A stretch of DNA of 64,000 nucleotides from positions 248,001-312,000 of the forward strand of contig JABVCE010000028.1 of NCBI GenBank assembly GCA_014905635.1, read 5' to 3'. Below are positions 41,033-54,437 of this stretch, piece after piece. The position numbers were made by a program, and so were the translations under genes. Each line of letters starts with the position of its first letter. Position 1 is the first letter of the stretch. The stretch is from Scenedesmus sp. PABB004 (Eukaryota). Under the pieces are notes generated by a model. It saw only the letters and a program-made list of their open reading frames with translations. It was not told the origin of the DNA and did not search any database.

Positions 41033-42292
41033 ATGTCGTCCTCCGCCGGGAGCGAGGAGGGCGCGCTGGTGGTGGTGGACGCGGATGGCCGGCGCCTGGA
41101 GCTGGTGGGCCCCCGCGCGGGCCTGCCGGAGGGCGGCGCGAGCAGCGACACGGTGGCCGAGAAGCTGGCGGGCAACTACAGCGAGGACATCGTGCAGGAG
41201 GTGCGGCGCTACGGCAAGCCGGCCTGGGAGGCGACGGAGAGCGGCCTGGACGCGCTGGAGGACATCGCCGACTTCTACGCCTACGACTTCCGGCTGCCCC
41301 CCGGCACCCACGACGCCTACGTCGACGCCGCGGCGGCCGAGATGGCGGCGCTGGAGGCGGCCAAGGCGCCGCTGCCGCCCGACGCGGCCGCGGCGATCGC
41401 GGCGCGCGCCGCGCTCGTCGAGGGCAAGACCGCCGAGGAGCTGGCGTGGCTGAAGCACAAGGCCTACTACCGCGGCGTGGCCAAGGTCCGCGCGGCCAAG
41501 CGCGCGCTTGAGGCGGCGGCGGCGGACGACGGCGGCGCGGAGCAGCAGCCGGCGCCGGCGGCGCCGCTGCCGGGGGGCGCCGGCGCGGCGCCGGCGCAGC
41601 GGCTGGGCCTACTGTCGGAGGAGGAGGTCCTGGTGGCGGTGAGCGACCCGAGCGAGTGGGAGCACGGCTGGAACGCGCCGGGCTACGCGCGGCACCCCGA
41701 CGTGCTGCAGAGCCTGCGCGGCGCGTTTGCCGGCGCGCTCGGGCTGCCCTACGTGTCGCCGGCGCAGCAGGCGGAGGCCGACGCGGCGTGGCAGCAGCTG
41801 CTCGCGCAGGAGCGCGCACGGCAGCGCGCCGCGCAGGAGCTCGCGGACGCGCGCGAGGCGCTCGCGGCGAAGCACGCGCCGTTCCAGGCGCGCCGCGGCG
41901 GCGCTGCGCCGCCCGCCGCCCGCGCTGGCCGCCGCCGAGCCCGCGCCGGCGCGGGCCTGCGCACGGCACTGCGAATGCTGCGCCGCCGTCGCGGCCGCCG
42001 ACGCGGCCGCCGACGCGCGCCTGGGCGCGCCCGCGCGCAGGCGTACACGCCGGAGCACCTCGAGCGGCAGCGGCGGCAGCGCCAGCTCGACGCGCACCGG
42101 CGCGGCAAGGCGCAGGCGTTCTGGCTGTCGCTGGGCGTCGCGGTGGGCAGCAGCGCGGTGCGCTGGTGGCTGCGCCGCGGCGCGCGCGCCGCGAGCGTCG
42201 CAGCGCGGCGGCCGGGCAGCGTCGGCAGCAGCCGCCGCAGCACGCGCCCGCCCACGCCGGTGCTGCTGCGGCCGGAGATGATTGCGGAGTGA
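41033..42292 (+). CDS. Hypothetical protein with C-terminal hydrophobic segment; start may lie upstream
   Basis: Coding-like codon usage and acidic/aromatic composition (EKLAGNYSEDIVQEVRRYG...WLKHKAYYRG). GC-AG intron at about 41888-42040. FWLSLGVAVGSSAV near the C-terminus. Confidence 0.65.
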   Translation: MSSSAGSEEGALVVVDADGRRLELVGPRAGLPEGGASSDTVAEKLAGNYSEDIVQEVRRYGKPAWEATESGLDALEDIADFYAYDFRLPPGTHDAYVDAAAAEMAALEAAKAPLPPDAAAAIAARAALVEGKTAEELAWLKHKAYYRGVAKVRAAKRALEAAAADDGGAEQQPAPAAPLPGGAGAAPAQRLGLLSEEEVLVAVSDPSEWEHGWNAPGYARHPDVLQSLRGAFAGALGLPYVSPAQQAEADAAWQQLLAQERARQRAAQELADAREALAAKHAPFQARRGGAAPPAARAGRRRARAGAGLRTALRMLRRRRGRRRGRRRAPGRARAQAYTPEHLERQRRQRQLDAHRRGKAQAFWLSLGVAVGSSAVRWWLRRGARAASVAARRPGSVGSSRRSTRPPTPVLLRPEMIAE

Positions 42293-43065
42293 GCCGGCCG
42301 GCACGGTGGCGCGCGGGCACGGCAGCAGCAGCGGCTGTGTGTTGTGGTGCGCGTGCGGAGGTCGCTGGCGTGTTTTTTTACCGGGTAACTGCTGCCCGGC
42401 CTCCGTCCTCATCCTTGATGAAGCCTCAACAAGCCTCGTGCCGTCGCAGCGGTCAGCAGGCCGCTCCTCCGTCCTCCGCGACAGGACACCAACGCTGCAG
42501 CCAGCCAGACCGCTGCCAAAGGGGGACGCCCAACACGCAGAGCGCGCGAGGGGTCGCAACAATAGAAGTGCGTCGCCATCAGTGTGCAGGCCGTGGCGGC
42601 CCATGGTGCGGGCCGGCGTCGTGCTGAGCGACAGGTGTGCCGCACCACTCACCAACGCACATCGATGGCGTGCGCGCGCACGCCAGCCGCCAGCCAGTGC
42701 TGCTAATCATCTGGGCTCCCGGTCGAGCTGATAAGCTGCACAGCATGCACAGCACGTGCCGTGATTATTTTGCCTCAGGCAGGCAGGCAGACGCTTGGCG
42801 ACTGAGCCCTCTGGAGCTGCGCCAAGCGATGCCGGGCCTGCGACGGCAGAGGGCCGTGCAAGGAAGGAAGCCACAAGCAAGAGCAAGGAAGGCGCCGCCA
42901 AGGAGGTCGCCCGCGGCGGGTGACCGCGCCAGCTGGCCGCGCGCGGCAAAACGGGCAGTGTGCTGTGCTGATGGGTGGATGCATGTGGTGAGCCGCATCA
43001 CTCAAATAAACGCACCGCCGACAAGTCTCACGGCCCGCGCGCGTTTGTCCACGCACGTCGCACGC

Positions 43066-46000
43066 TCAGTAGTGCTGCTGCGCCGCGCAGTCGAGGTTGG
43101 CGCCGGTCGTGGTGCTCAGCAGCGCGGCGTAGCGCTTGAAGTAGCCGATGCGGTCCGCCTCCTGGCCCTGCACGCTGCCGCTGCCGCACTCGAGGCCGCC
43201 GTTGATGATGTTGGTGGTCAGCCCAAAGCCGGGCTGCCGCCCCGCCGCGACGTCGGCGGGCGACGGGCTCCACGTCCCCGCCATCACGGCGTGGCAGCTG
43301 GGCTTGGGGTCGCGCGGCGTCATCCAGAACCAGATGGCAGTCTTGAACGCGAGCGCGGCGTCCCTCGTCACAGCGTCCGGGTCATTCAGGCCGTCAAAGC
43401 CAAGCGCTGCACCGGCCTGCGTGGCGGCGGCGGCAAGCGCAGCGGGCGGGCGGCGTCAGACATGCTAGCCGCGCGCGGCGCGCCCGGCGGCTGCGGCTGC
43501 GGCGGCGCACCCTCCCCGCAGCAGCAGCGGCCCCACTGGCGCGGCTGGGCTCGGGTCGCACCGGGATGTAGTTGTAGTTCCAGGAGAGCTGGATCGGCCC
43601 GCGCCCAAAGTACTTCTTGCCCGCGGCGCAGGGGAACTCGGGGGTCGCCGCGCAGTACGGGGCGAGCTGGTCAGCGGGCGTCTTCATGCCTGCGCGCGGC
43701 GAGGGGCGCTGCAGGGTCGGCACGGGGGCGAGCAGGGACACGGGCGACGAGCGGCGCGCCGCGTGCGCGCGGGGGCGGCCGCGGTGCGCGCACTCACCCT
43801 CCTGGATCCAGCACAGGCCCCACGAGTAGGGGCCGTCTGGCGCCGTGGCCCAGCCGCCGGTGGTCTCGTGCGAAATCTGGGCCAGGAAGGCCGCCAGCTC
43901 GCGCCTGTTGACCGCGGGGTCGGCCGAGGCGGTGCCAAAGCCGGGGAAGGCGTTTGCCGCAGCGATGAACGCGTCATAGGTGTAAAAGCCGTTGCTCGAG
44001 CACGCGGGGTCGTTGCGGTGCTTGAAAATCTCCTCGAACACCGCAGGCGTGATGAGGTCAGCCACGCTGCCGCCCGGCACCACCGGCGCGGGCGACGCCG
44101 GGGGAGGCGCCACGGGGCTCGCAGGACTGGGCGAGGGCGACGCCGGCGGCGGCGACGGCGCGGCGCTGCTGCCGCTGCACGCGCCGTAGCTCGCCTGGCA
44201 GCCGGTGCCGCAGTGGGCGGCCTGGGTGCCGCAGTAGCCGTACTGGCTGCAACACTGCCCGCTGGGGCAGCAGAGGCCGCCGTTGGTGGCGCCGCACGCG
44301 CCGCCGCCAGCGGCGTAGCCGTTGGGGCAGGTCGGGCTGCCGCTGGGCGGCGCGGGGCTCGGGCTGGCTGTGGGCGCACTCGGCGTTGGGGACGTGGACG
44401 GCGCCGGGGCGGGCGCTGGTGAGGACGGCGGCGCCGTGCTGCAGGCCGCCTGGGTGAAGGGGAGAGGCGTGCTGCAGCCAGGCATGGAGAACGCCACGCA
44501 TGCGGCACTCGTGATCTGCTGGGCGTTGGGGCAGCCCGGCTTCTGCAGGCTCCACAGCATGAGGCCATACGGCGCGCCGCCGGCCTGGTCGCGGGCGTAG
44601 TTGGCGCGCGTCGTGACCTCGGGCAGCGTGATCACGTTGCCGCCCCTGGTGGCAGCGCGCAGGCGCAGGAGGCGAGCGGAGCGGGTCAGCGGCATGCGGC
44701 ATGGAGGTGGGCGAGCGCTGCGCGGCACAGCTGCGCGCGCAGGGGCACGCACCAGGCCTCGGGCGGGATCTCCACCCCGATGGCGACGGCCTGGCGCGGC
44801 CACACGGCGCGGTGGGCACGGTACGACTCGGACCAGTCAAAGCCGGTGCTGGCCTTGTTGCCTGCGCGGCGCACGAGGGAGGGCGGGGCGGTCAGCCGTC
44901 ACGTCTGAGCCCGCACACAGCAGGGCGGGGGGCGGCGCAGGCGGCGCGCGGGGCGCGGGCGCGGCGGGCGCTCACCCGCGTCGTAGGCCATGATGTTGAT
45001 GAGGTCCAGCGCCTGGCCCGCGGGCGAGGCGGCCATGGCAAGGTTGACGCCGGTGTAGACGCTGCGGGGCTGCGCGTTGGCAAACGCGCCGACGCCGTAC
45101 GCGCCGACGTGCCAGCTCGCGGTGGAGAGCAGGTAGCGCCCGGCCGGCAGCGCCGAGCGCAGCGCGGCCGTGACCGCCACCGACTCGGCGTCGGTGGCGC
45201 AGGACACGCCGCCGCTGGACACAACGCAGTTGCTGTTGGTGGGCTCGTAGTCCAGGTCCACGCCTGCGCAAGGGGCGCGCGGCCGGGCGCGCAGGGCAGG
45301 GTCGGCGCACGCTTGGTGCCGCCGGCGCAGCCTGGCCAGCGCGCAGGGCGGAATGCGCGCAGCGGGCGGCCCCCCACCGTCAAAGCCAAAGTCGTCCACC
45401 AGCGCCTTAATGCAGCCGGTGTTCATGCCCGCAAAGTTGGTGTAGGTGGCACCGCCGACGGCCAGCATCACGCGCGTGTTGGGCTGCGCCGCCTTGAGCG
45501 CCGCGATGGCGTCACGCACGACGGGGCCGGACGAACTGAAATCAATGCCCGTACCGGTCAGCAGGAGGCTTCCGGGCGTGTAGGTGCAGTCGGGCTTGAC
45601 AAAGGACACGACCACCACGTTGATGTAAGCTGCGAGCGACGGGGCGGCGCGGGGCGGGTGAGAGGGGCGGCCCCTCGCGGAGTGGTGACGGCTGCGCGTG
45701 GCGGCTGAGGGCTGCCAGCCAGCTGCAGCTGCAGGCGGCGCTCACAAGGAATCTTGGCGAGGTCCATGGCAGCGCCGCTGGACGCCCAGGGAGCGCTCCA
45801 GGTCTGCGGTGGCGGTGGCGCGGCGCGGCGCGGCGCGGGGCGGCGTGGGCGCCGCGTGCTGGCAGGGGAGCGCCAGCAGCACGCCGCAGCGCGGCGGCGG
45901 CCCCACCTGGTAGTAGGCGACCACCAGAGGGCCCTTGGGCAGGCTGCCGCGCGCGGAGGTTGGCGCAGGGCTGGCGGCGGGCGCCGGGGAGGGCGATGCG

Positions 46001-46834
46001 ACCACGGGCGCGGGCGATGGCGACGCCGCGGGCGGCCGGGGCGACGGCGACGGCGCCACAGGGCTCGCCGGGCTGGGCGAGGGCGAGGCCGGCGGCGCCG
46101 CGCCGCTGCACGCGCCGTAGCTCGCCTGGCAGCCGGTGCCGCAGTGAACGGCCTGGGTGCCGCAGTAGCCCCACTGGCTGCAGCACTGCCCGCTGGGGCA
46201 GCAGAGGCCGCCGTTGGTGGCGCCGCACGCGCCGCCGCCGGCGGCGTAGCCCTTGGGGCAGGTCGGGCCGCCGCTGGGCGGCGCGGGGCTCGGGCTCGCC
46301 GGGGCCGGCGTCGGCGTTGGGCTCGGGCTCGCGCGCGGCGCAGGAGACGGCGACGACGCGGGGGCGGGCGGCGGGGACGGGGACGGCGCAGGAGCGGGGG
46401 CCGGCGCCGCGGCGCAGGCGACGTTGGCCGCCCAGTCGCACGCCTGCGGGCGGGCGTGGCGGGCGGGGTTGCCGAGGCCGAGGCCGGCCCAGCGGCGGCG
46501 CCGCCGACTGGGCAGCGCGCCCGCACGCGTGCGCGCGCCCCGCGCGCGCGCGCACCTGGGCAGCGTCAGAGAACAGTGTGCCGGCGGCGCACGGCACGTA
46601 CGCGGACTGCCCCGGGCCGTAGCACCACATCGCGCCGCTGCAGCCGTTGAGCGTGTCGGCGTAGTAGCGGTACGCTGTGCCGACCGTCTTGCAGAAGCAC
46701 GCCGCGCGCGCGGCGCCCGGCGCGGTCGGGCAGGCCGTCGTCTGCGCGGCGGCGCGCGGCAGCAGCGGCGCCGCTGCATCCAGGAGGCCGAGGAGAAGCA
46801 CCAGCATTCGCGGCGCGCTGGCCGGGCGGCCCAT
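43066..46834 (-). CDS. Secreted dual chitinase: CBM14 (peritrophin-A-like) + hevein + GH18 + hevein + GH19
   Basis: Signal-like N-terminus; [15 protein letters not shown]...[22 protein letters not shown] (CBM14 pattern); two heveins. GH18 DLDYEP and GH19 [19 protein letters not shown] intact. Confidence 0.92.
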
Positions 46835-47709
46835 GGCGGGCGCGCGTCGAGGGAGCTGCGCGGGCTGGTGCGGCGCGCGGGGTGGCTCGCGGGTCAAGGT
46901 TGGCGGGCCGACGGGCGTTTCATGAGAGTCCCTGAATCCGGATTGTGGCGGCCGGGACGGGGAGCGGCGCCTTTGTTGGGGCGGGAAAAAAAGGGTGAGT
47001 TCTGCCACTCTTCTCGGTGTGCGCAGCGACGGGAGTGAGCCGCGAACCTCCCTGCGAGCTCTCCGTCGTTGATCCAAGCCGACGCGCGTCGGCGCGTGAA
47101 GAACGCGACAGCGGCACTCACGGCGGCGGCCGCTGCTGCTCGCTGCGCGGCGCGTCACTCTAGCTCGCGCGAGCTTTACGCGATACACATCTGGATCCAG
47201 CAAGCTCAAGGGAAGCTCTGGCAAGTGCAGCCAGCCCACCGCGCTGCTGAGGGGGCAGCGCGCCAGGACGCGCGGCGGGCTCGCCGCCAGCCGCCGCCAC
47301 CGCACCGACTGCTGCCGAGAGCGGCACCAGCATCTCGTCCCTGGTCTCTCCACCTGCTCACCAGCAGATTCGCGGCTCGCTGCCTCGCGCTGGCGCGGCC
47401 GTCCATCTAACACGCGCGGCCTTCGCCCCGGCCGCCCGCGCGCCTCCGCCGCTATGTCTTTATTCCCCGAGCAGCGAAGGCACGCACACACAGCACACGC
47501 GCGGCGCGCGAACGGCACACGGCAGCCCGCACGCAGCGCCGCAGAAGCAGTACGCCGTCGCCCGCACGCACGCCCGCACCGTCGAGCGCGCAGCGCTCGG
47601 TAGCAGCTTAGCGCCGGGTCTGAGCCCAGCTCGCGCAGGGAGCGGGCAGCTGGGAGGCGCCCCGCAGCGCGGGAGAGGCGCGACCAGGGCCGCCGCGAGC
47701 GGCCGCGAT

Positions 47710-50700
47710 GTGAGCGCCTGGCGCCCGCTGCAGCGCGCCGGGGCGGCCTCCAGCTCTCCCTCAGGCCGCAGACGCGGCGCGCGGGCGCTGCGGGGCCCCG
47801 CTCACGCCCCGCCGCTCACGCGCCGCCGCCGCCGCGGGCGCAGGAGCGGCAGGGCGCGCCCCGTGCTGGGCTGGTCGCCCGAGTCGGCGGGTCTCCACCC
47901 GGAGGCCCCCGCCGCCGGCAAGGACGGCGCGCCGCGCCTGTCGCCGCGCCGCTCGGGCGGCGCGGCGGCGCTGGGCGCGCACGACGGCGCGCTCGTGGCG
48001 GTGCCCGAGGCGCTCCCTGGCGCGCGGCCGGGCAGCCCCACCAGCCGCATCCCGGGCGCGCCCGGCGCCAAGAGCCCCAACCCCTCGCCCGGCGGGCGCC
48101 GCACCCCGGGCGGCGCGGCGGCGGGCTACGCCGCCGCGCACGGCCGCGCCGGCAGCGCCGCGGGCGCGGCGGCCACCGCGGCCAAGGCCGCGCCGCCCCC
48201 CTCGGCGGCCGCCCGCAACGCGAGCGCCCCGGGCGGCAGGGCCGCGCCGCAGCAGCAGGCCGGCGCCGGCGGCCGTGCCGCCAGCCAGGCGGGGCGCGGC
48301 GGCGGCTACACGCCCGCCGGCCCCGGCAGCCGCCGCGGCAGCGCCGCGGGCGGCAGGCCCGGCTACGCCGCGCCCACCGCGGCCAGCCGCGCCGCCAGCG
48401 CCGCGGGGCGCAAGCCGAGCGCGGCGGGCGCCGGCAGCGCCGGCGCCGGCGCGGCGACGCCGCCGCGCGCCAGCCCCGAGCCGCGCTCGCCGAGCCGGGG
48501 CGGCAGCCCCCACCACATGGGGTCCACCTCGACCGCCGGCCGCGCGCGCATCATCCACACCACCTTTGCGCTCGCCGGCCAGCAGCCGCGCGGCGCAACG
48601 GAGCAGGGCCAGCACGACGCCGGCGGCCTCGCGCGCGCGTCGTCGCTCGACGCGGCCGACGACGGCGCGTCCGCGCCGCCGTCGCCCACGGCGGGCGCGC
48701 TGCACCGCCGCACCGCCAGCCTGCCCTGCCGCCAGGGCGAGGCGAGCCTGGAGACGGAGGCAGACCTGGACGCCGCGCTTGCGGCCGCCGCCGCGGAGAT
48801 GGGCCTGGAGCTCGACGCCGAGCCGCTGACCGCGCCGCCGCGCGCGCCGGCCCCGGCCGCGGCTGCGCCGCTCGCGAGCGAGGCGTCGGGCGCGAGCAGC
48901 GCCCTCGGCGGCAGCTCCGCCGTGCCCACGCCGCGCAGCATCGCGGAGACGGCCTACACCTTCACCAGCGGCCTCACCGGCGCGACCGGGGGAGGGGTGA
49001 CCGGCTACACCAGCTCGAGCTGCAGCAGCGACGACGGCACCGCGGCGGTGACGCCGGCGCCGCCGGCGCCGCAGCCCGCGTCGCCCGCGGCCGGCCCGCG
49101 CAGCCCTCGCGGCGGCGCGCTCGCGGCGCCGCCGCTCTACGCTGCCGGCGCGGCCGCGGGCGGCGCCGCGCCGCGCCCGGCGCCGGCGCCCGCGGCCGGC
49201 CGCGGCCGCGGCGTGCGCGGCGGGCCCCGCGCCCGGCGCCGCGGGTGAGGCCGCGCTGGAGCGCACGAGCGACGGCGGCGGCGCGGCGCTGGAGGGCACC
49301 TATGCGCTGGGCGGCAAGCTGCCGGCGCTGGCGGAGGACCTCGCCGAGAAGGACGCCGGCAGCGCCGGCGGCGGCGGCTGGGGCGGGCTGTTCGGCGGCG
49401 GCGGCATCGGCGGCCAGCGCGCCCAACCCGGCGGCGGCGGCGCGGCCGATGGCGGCGCGGCCGACGGCGGCAAGGGTGAGGCGGAGGAGTTCACGGTGGA
49501 GCGCTCCGGGCCGCCCGGTGCGGCGCGCAGCGCCGCGTGCAGCGCGATTTTGGGGGCTGCGCCGCGCGCGGCGCCCCCGCCGCGCGTGCACGCAGCCGCC
49601 GACTCGCGCCGCCGCGCCCCACCCGCCACCGCGCCCGCGCCGCCGCGCCCGACCCGCGCCGCCGCCCCCGCAGAGGCGCGCATGAAGCGCGGCAGCTTCT
49701 CCGCGTCGACCAGCAGCGGCGACGGCAGCCGGCGCTCGAGCGCGAGCGGCGCGCGGCGCCGCTGCAGCGGCGGCTCGTCGGCGGGCGGCAAGGCGTGCGC
49801 GCTGCGGGCCAGCGACGCCGGCGCGTCGTCGCGCAGCGCCAAGCGCTGGCTGTGTGTGATGCTGCCGATGCTTGCCCTCATGGGCGCGGCCGGGGCGGTC
49901 ACCGCCCTCTACTTCACCCAGCGCCTGCCGCTGCCCGGCGGCGGCGCGCCCGCGCCGGTGGCCGCGCCGTTCAGCGTGACGGTCGCGGCGCCGGCGCGCT
50001 CCGCGCACGAGAGCTGCGGCGCCTGGTTCGGCAGCAGCGAGGTGGGCGCGCGCGCGCGGGGCGCCGCAGCGCGGAGCGCGCGCCCGCGCGCCGGCGGGCC
50101 CGGCGCACGCGCGCCGCCGACCCGTGCGCCGCCGACACGTGCGCCCGCCCCGCCCCGCCCGCAGCGCGTCGCCGCGTACAGCCGGCTGTTTGGTGGCGCG
50201 TACGCCGGCACGCTGGACCTGCCGCCCAGCAGCGCGGTCGTGACGTCGGTCACGTGCGGGGGCTCGAGCGTCTTCGCCGCGGCGCGCGGCGGCTCGGTCC
50301 GCGCGCTGCGCGCGCCGCGCGCGCCCATCATGCGCACGCTGCTTGCGGCGCCGAGCGGCGGCGCCGACGCCGCGGCCGCGGCCGCCGCCGGGGACGCGCC
50401 GCTCACGTGGGTGGACATCACGACCGCCTTCACCATCGCGGCGCCGCCGTCCGACGCGGCGCGCGTGGCCGAGGCGGTGTCGAGCGCGTCGAGCGGCATC
50501 CTCGCCGGCCCGCTGAGCCAGTTCCTAGGCGTCAACACGCTGCTGGTCAAGGCCGCGGCCGCGCTCGGCGGCGCGCCGCCGCGCGGCGGCGCGGTCGCGT
50601 GGGGCGGGAGCGAGCCCGCCCTCGCGCCCGCGCGCGCCGAGGCCGGCAGCTGGGCCGCGCAGCTCGACCCGGCGCACGCCGGCGAGGAGCTGCCCGTGAT

Positions 50701-51334
50701 CGGCCACGCCGACGACGACGTCACGCCCGGCGACGAGCCCGGCGCGGTGCCGCCGAGCAGCCTGCCCGCGGCGGCGGCCGCGCCGCGCGGCGGCGGCGTC
50801 GCGCTGCCGCCGGCGCCGCCCGGCGACGTGTCGGCGGGGCCGAGCGAGCGCGAGCTCTCTGCGTTCCCCTGGAACCAGCTGCTCACCGACGAGCACGACG
50901 CGGCGCCGACGTGCCTCTTCTCGCCGACGCGGCGCAACGGCGTGACCGACGCGCAGGGCCGCCTGTGGTCCCTCATGAATGGCCGGGGCTGCGTGTTCCG
51001 CGCCCCCGCGGCGGCGCAGCAGGTCGCGCCCGCGTCGGGCATGGCCTGGGCGACCGCGCCGGGCTGCGCCGGCGCGCCGACGGTCGAGAGCGCGATGCTC
51101 GACACGCGCGGCAACCTGTGGGGCTGGGAGGACGCGCGGAGCTGCGCGTTCCGCGGCCGCGCGCCCACGACGCTCGGCGGCAAGCCCAGCACGTTCGCCA
51201 CGCTGTGGGAGGACGCGGCGCCCTGCGAAGCCGCGCCGACGCAGGGCAACGCCGACGCGGACGCGTTCGGCCGGCTCTGGGGCAAGCAGGGCGGCGTGGA
51301 CTGCGCGTTCAAGTTCGTCGGCGTCGCCGCCTGA
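47710..51334 (+). CDS. Low-complexity single-pass membrane protein with three C-terminal Trp/Cys repeats (CBM10-like); start uncertain
   Basis: Ser/Pro-rich N-terminal exons; TM segment WLCVMLPMLALMGAAGAVTALYF; repeats GRLWSLMNGRGCVF, GNLWGWEDARSCAF and GRLWGKQGGVDCAF; TGA at 51332-51334. Confidence 0.6.
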
Positions 51335-51795
51335 CCCTGACGGCTGGCGCATGTTTGACACGACGGCCAGGCTTGGCTGACGCGACTGGCGTGGCAGAAG
51401 AGACGAGGCGGGCGGGGAGGGGAGGAGGTGAAGGGGGCACACAGGGAGGGGGCATAGGCATGTGGCGAGCCTGGGCGGCGCGCACCCGATGATTCCACAC
51501 TGCATCCTCATCGACCGAGCACTGACTAGACGGCTGGCTGTTTAGCAAGTTGCGATCAGTGTTGAGTGACGGCGCGCGCACTTGCTGGCGGGCCCGGCGC
51601 GCCGCCACAAACGTGCACAAGCAGGCCCACGCCCTGCCGGCGCACGCGGCTGCGCCGCCGCTGTGCTCCCGCTTCATCCCGCGGTGATCAGGGCGCCGCT
51701 TGCATCCAGGTCAGACCAGGTAACACGGCCGTGTGTGCAGCCTGCGTGCTGCGCGCTCAGCAGCGCCCGCCCGACAGCTCGCGCCCCAGCGGGCG

Positions 51796-53210
51796 TCACG
51801 CGGCGGGGCCGCGCCGCAGCGCCTGCAGCCGCGCCGCGCCCTGCCCGGCCCCGCGCGCAGGCGCAGCCGCCTCGCTGCCGAGCGTCACCGCCGCGGCCTC
51901 CCAGTCACGCACATAGGCAGCATAGTCGAGGCGCTCGCTCCACGCAAGCAGCTCGGGGTCCAGGCCGAGCCCCCCGAGCTCCTCCAGCGCCCAGCCCGCA
52001 CCCCCGCCCGCGCCGCCCCCGTCGCCGCCGCAGCCAGCTGCAGCCCCCGTCGCGTCGGCGCCGCCGCCGCTGCCGCACCGCGCCAGCTGCCGCTCCAGCT
52101 CCTGCTCCAGCTCCCGCAGCAGCGCCTCGTCGCCGCCCTGGCCGCCGCCGTCGCCGCCGGCGCGCGCGGAGCTGCAGCCTGCGCCCCGCTCGCCGCCGCC
52201 GGGGCTGCCGCCGCCGGGGCTGCCGCCCGGCGCTGCCGGCGCGGCGCCGTCAGCCATGCCGGCGCGGTACATTCGCAGCAGCCACTGCCGCCGCCGCTGC
52301 TTGAGCCGCCGCGCGCGCTCCTGCCTGCGGGCGTGTGCGCGCGGGTGCCGAATACGAATCTGCGCCCGCGCGCACAGCGCGCGCACGCGTGCTGTGAGCA
52401 GCCCCCCCCCCCCTCCGCTCACCTCCGAACCAGCGGGCTGTGGTGGGTGACCTGGCGGCTGCTGCTGATGCTGCTGATGCTGCAGGGGCCCGCCGGCCGC
52501 TCGCTGCGGTCGCCGCCGCCGCCGCCGGCGCCGCCGGCCAGCCGCAGCCGCGGCCCGCACAGCCGCGGCCGCCGCCGGCGCTGCGCGCTGCCGCTGCGGC
52601 AGCCGGCGCCCCCCGGCTGGGTCTGCGGGCCCAGCAGCAGGCGCTCCGCCACCGGCCGCCAGCCGTTCCTGTCCTCGCGCCGGTACCAGCCGCCCGTGCC
52701 TCGCTGCCGCGCCTGCTCCGCCCGGCCCTGCCTCGCCGCCGCTGCCACGTCCGCCGGCGCTGCTGCGGCAGCCGCAGCAGCCTCCGCCGCGTAGTTGCGC
52801 GGCCCGAACGCGCATATGTCTGCGGCGCCAGGCGGGTGGCGCGGTGGGCACGTCAGAGCACTAGAGCCCGCCTGCTGCGCGCGCGCGCTGGCGGCCGAGG
52901 GATGCCGCGCGGCGCACCGGCGACGGGGCGGTGCGTGCTGATCTTGTACAGCAGCGCCGGCGGCCACGCCGCAACGCCGGCGCGGCCGAGGCGCAGACGC
53001 ACGTGCAGGCCGGCGGCGGGGTCCAGCAGCGCCGCCTCGCGCGGGTTGACGCGGCGCAGCAGCGCGCGCGGGTCGGCCGCCTCCTGGGCGCGCAGCAGGC
53101 CGCAGAGGCGCCTGCGCGGGCTGGCGTCACACGGCGGCGAGCGCCGAGCGGGCAGGGGCGCGGCCGCGCTGCGGCGCCACGCGCGGCGCGGGCGGGCGCG
53201 CCTGAACTCG
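51796..53210 (-). pseudogene. 5'-truncated duplicate of the IQ/C11orf65-like gene
   Basis: Identical to 54899-56312 but lacks the first exon and IQ motifs. Confidence 0.7.
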
Positions 53211-53211
53211 G

Positions 53212-54437
53212 GCGCGCCGCCGACCCGTGCGCCGCCGACACGTGCGCCCGCCCCGCCCCGCCCGCAGCGCGTCGCCGCGTACAGCCGGCTGTTTGGTGGC
53301 GCGTACGCCGGCACGCTGGACCTGCCGCCCAGCAGCGCGGTCGTGACGTCGGTCACGTGCGGGGGCTCGAGCGTCTTCGCCGCGGCGCGCGGCGGCTCGG
53401 TCCGCGCGCTGCGCGCGCCGCGCGCGCCCATCATGCGCACGCTGCTTGCGGCGCCGAGCGGCGGCGCCGACGCCGCGGCCGCGGCCGCCGCCGGGGACGC
53501 GCCGCTCACGTGGGTGGACATCACGACCGCCTTCACCATCGCGGCGCCGCCGTCCGACGCGGCGCGCGTGGCCGAGGCGGTGTCGAGCGCGTCGAGCGGC
53601 ATCCTCGCCGGCCCGCTGAGCCAGTTCCTAGGCGTCAACACGCTGCTGGTCAAGGCCGCGGCCGCGCTCGGCGGCGCGCCGCCGCGCGGCGGCGCGGTCG
53701 CGTGGGGCGGGAGCGAGCCCGCCCTCGCGCCCGCGCGCGCCGAGGCCGGCAGCTGGGCCGCGCAGCTCGACCCGGCGCACGCCGGCGAGGAGCTGCCCGT
53801 GATCGGCCACGCCGACGACGACGTCACGCCCGGCGACGAGCCCGGCGCGGTGCCGCCGAGCAGCCTGCCCGCGGCGGCGGCCGCGCCGCGCGGCGGCGGC
53901 GTCGCGCTGCCGCCGGCGCCGCCCGGCGACGTGTCGGCGGGGCCGAGCGAGCGCGAGCTCTCTGCGTTCCCCTGGAACCAGCTGCTCACCGACGAGCACG
54001 ACGCGGCGCCGACGTGCCTCTTCTCGCCGACGCGGCGCAACGGCGTGACCGACGCGCAGGGCCGCCTGTGGTCCCTCATGAATGGCCGGGGCTGCGTGTT
54101 CCGCGCCCCCGCGGCGGCGCAGCAGGTCGCGCCCGCGTCGGGCATGGCCTGGGCGACCGCGCCGGGCTGCGCCGGCGCGCCGACGGTCGAGAGCGCGATG
54201 CTCGACACGCGCGGCAACCTGTGGGGCTGGGAGGACGCGCGGAGCTGCGCGTTCCGCGGCCGCGCGCCCACGACGCTCGGCGGCAAGCCCAGCACGTTCG
54301 CCACGCTGTGGGAGGACGCGGCGCCCTGCGAAGCCGCGCCGACGCAGGGCAACGCCGACGCGGACGCGTTCGGCCGGCTCTGGGGCAAGCAGGGCGGCGT
54401 GGACTGCGCGTTCAAGTTCGTCGGCGTCGCCGCCTGA
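53212..54437 (+). pseudogene. 5'-truncated duplicate (last exon) of the Trp/Cys-repeat membrane protein gene
   Basis: Identical to 50109-51334. Confidence 0.7.
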
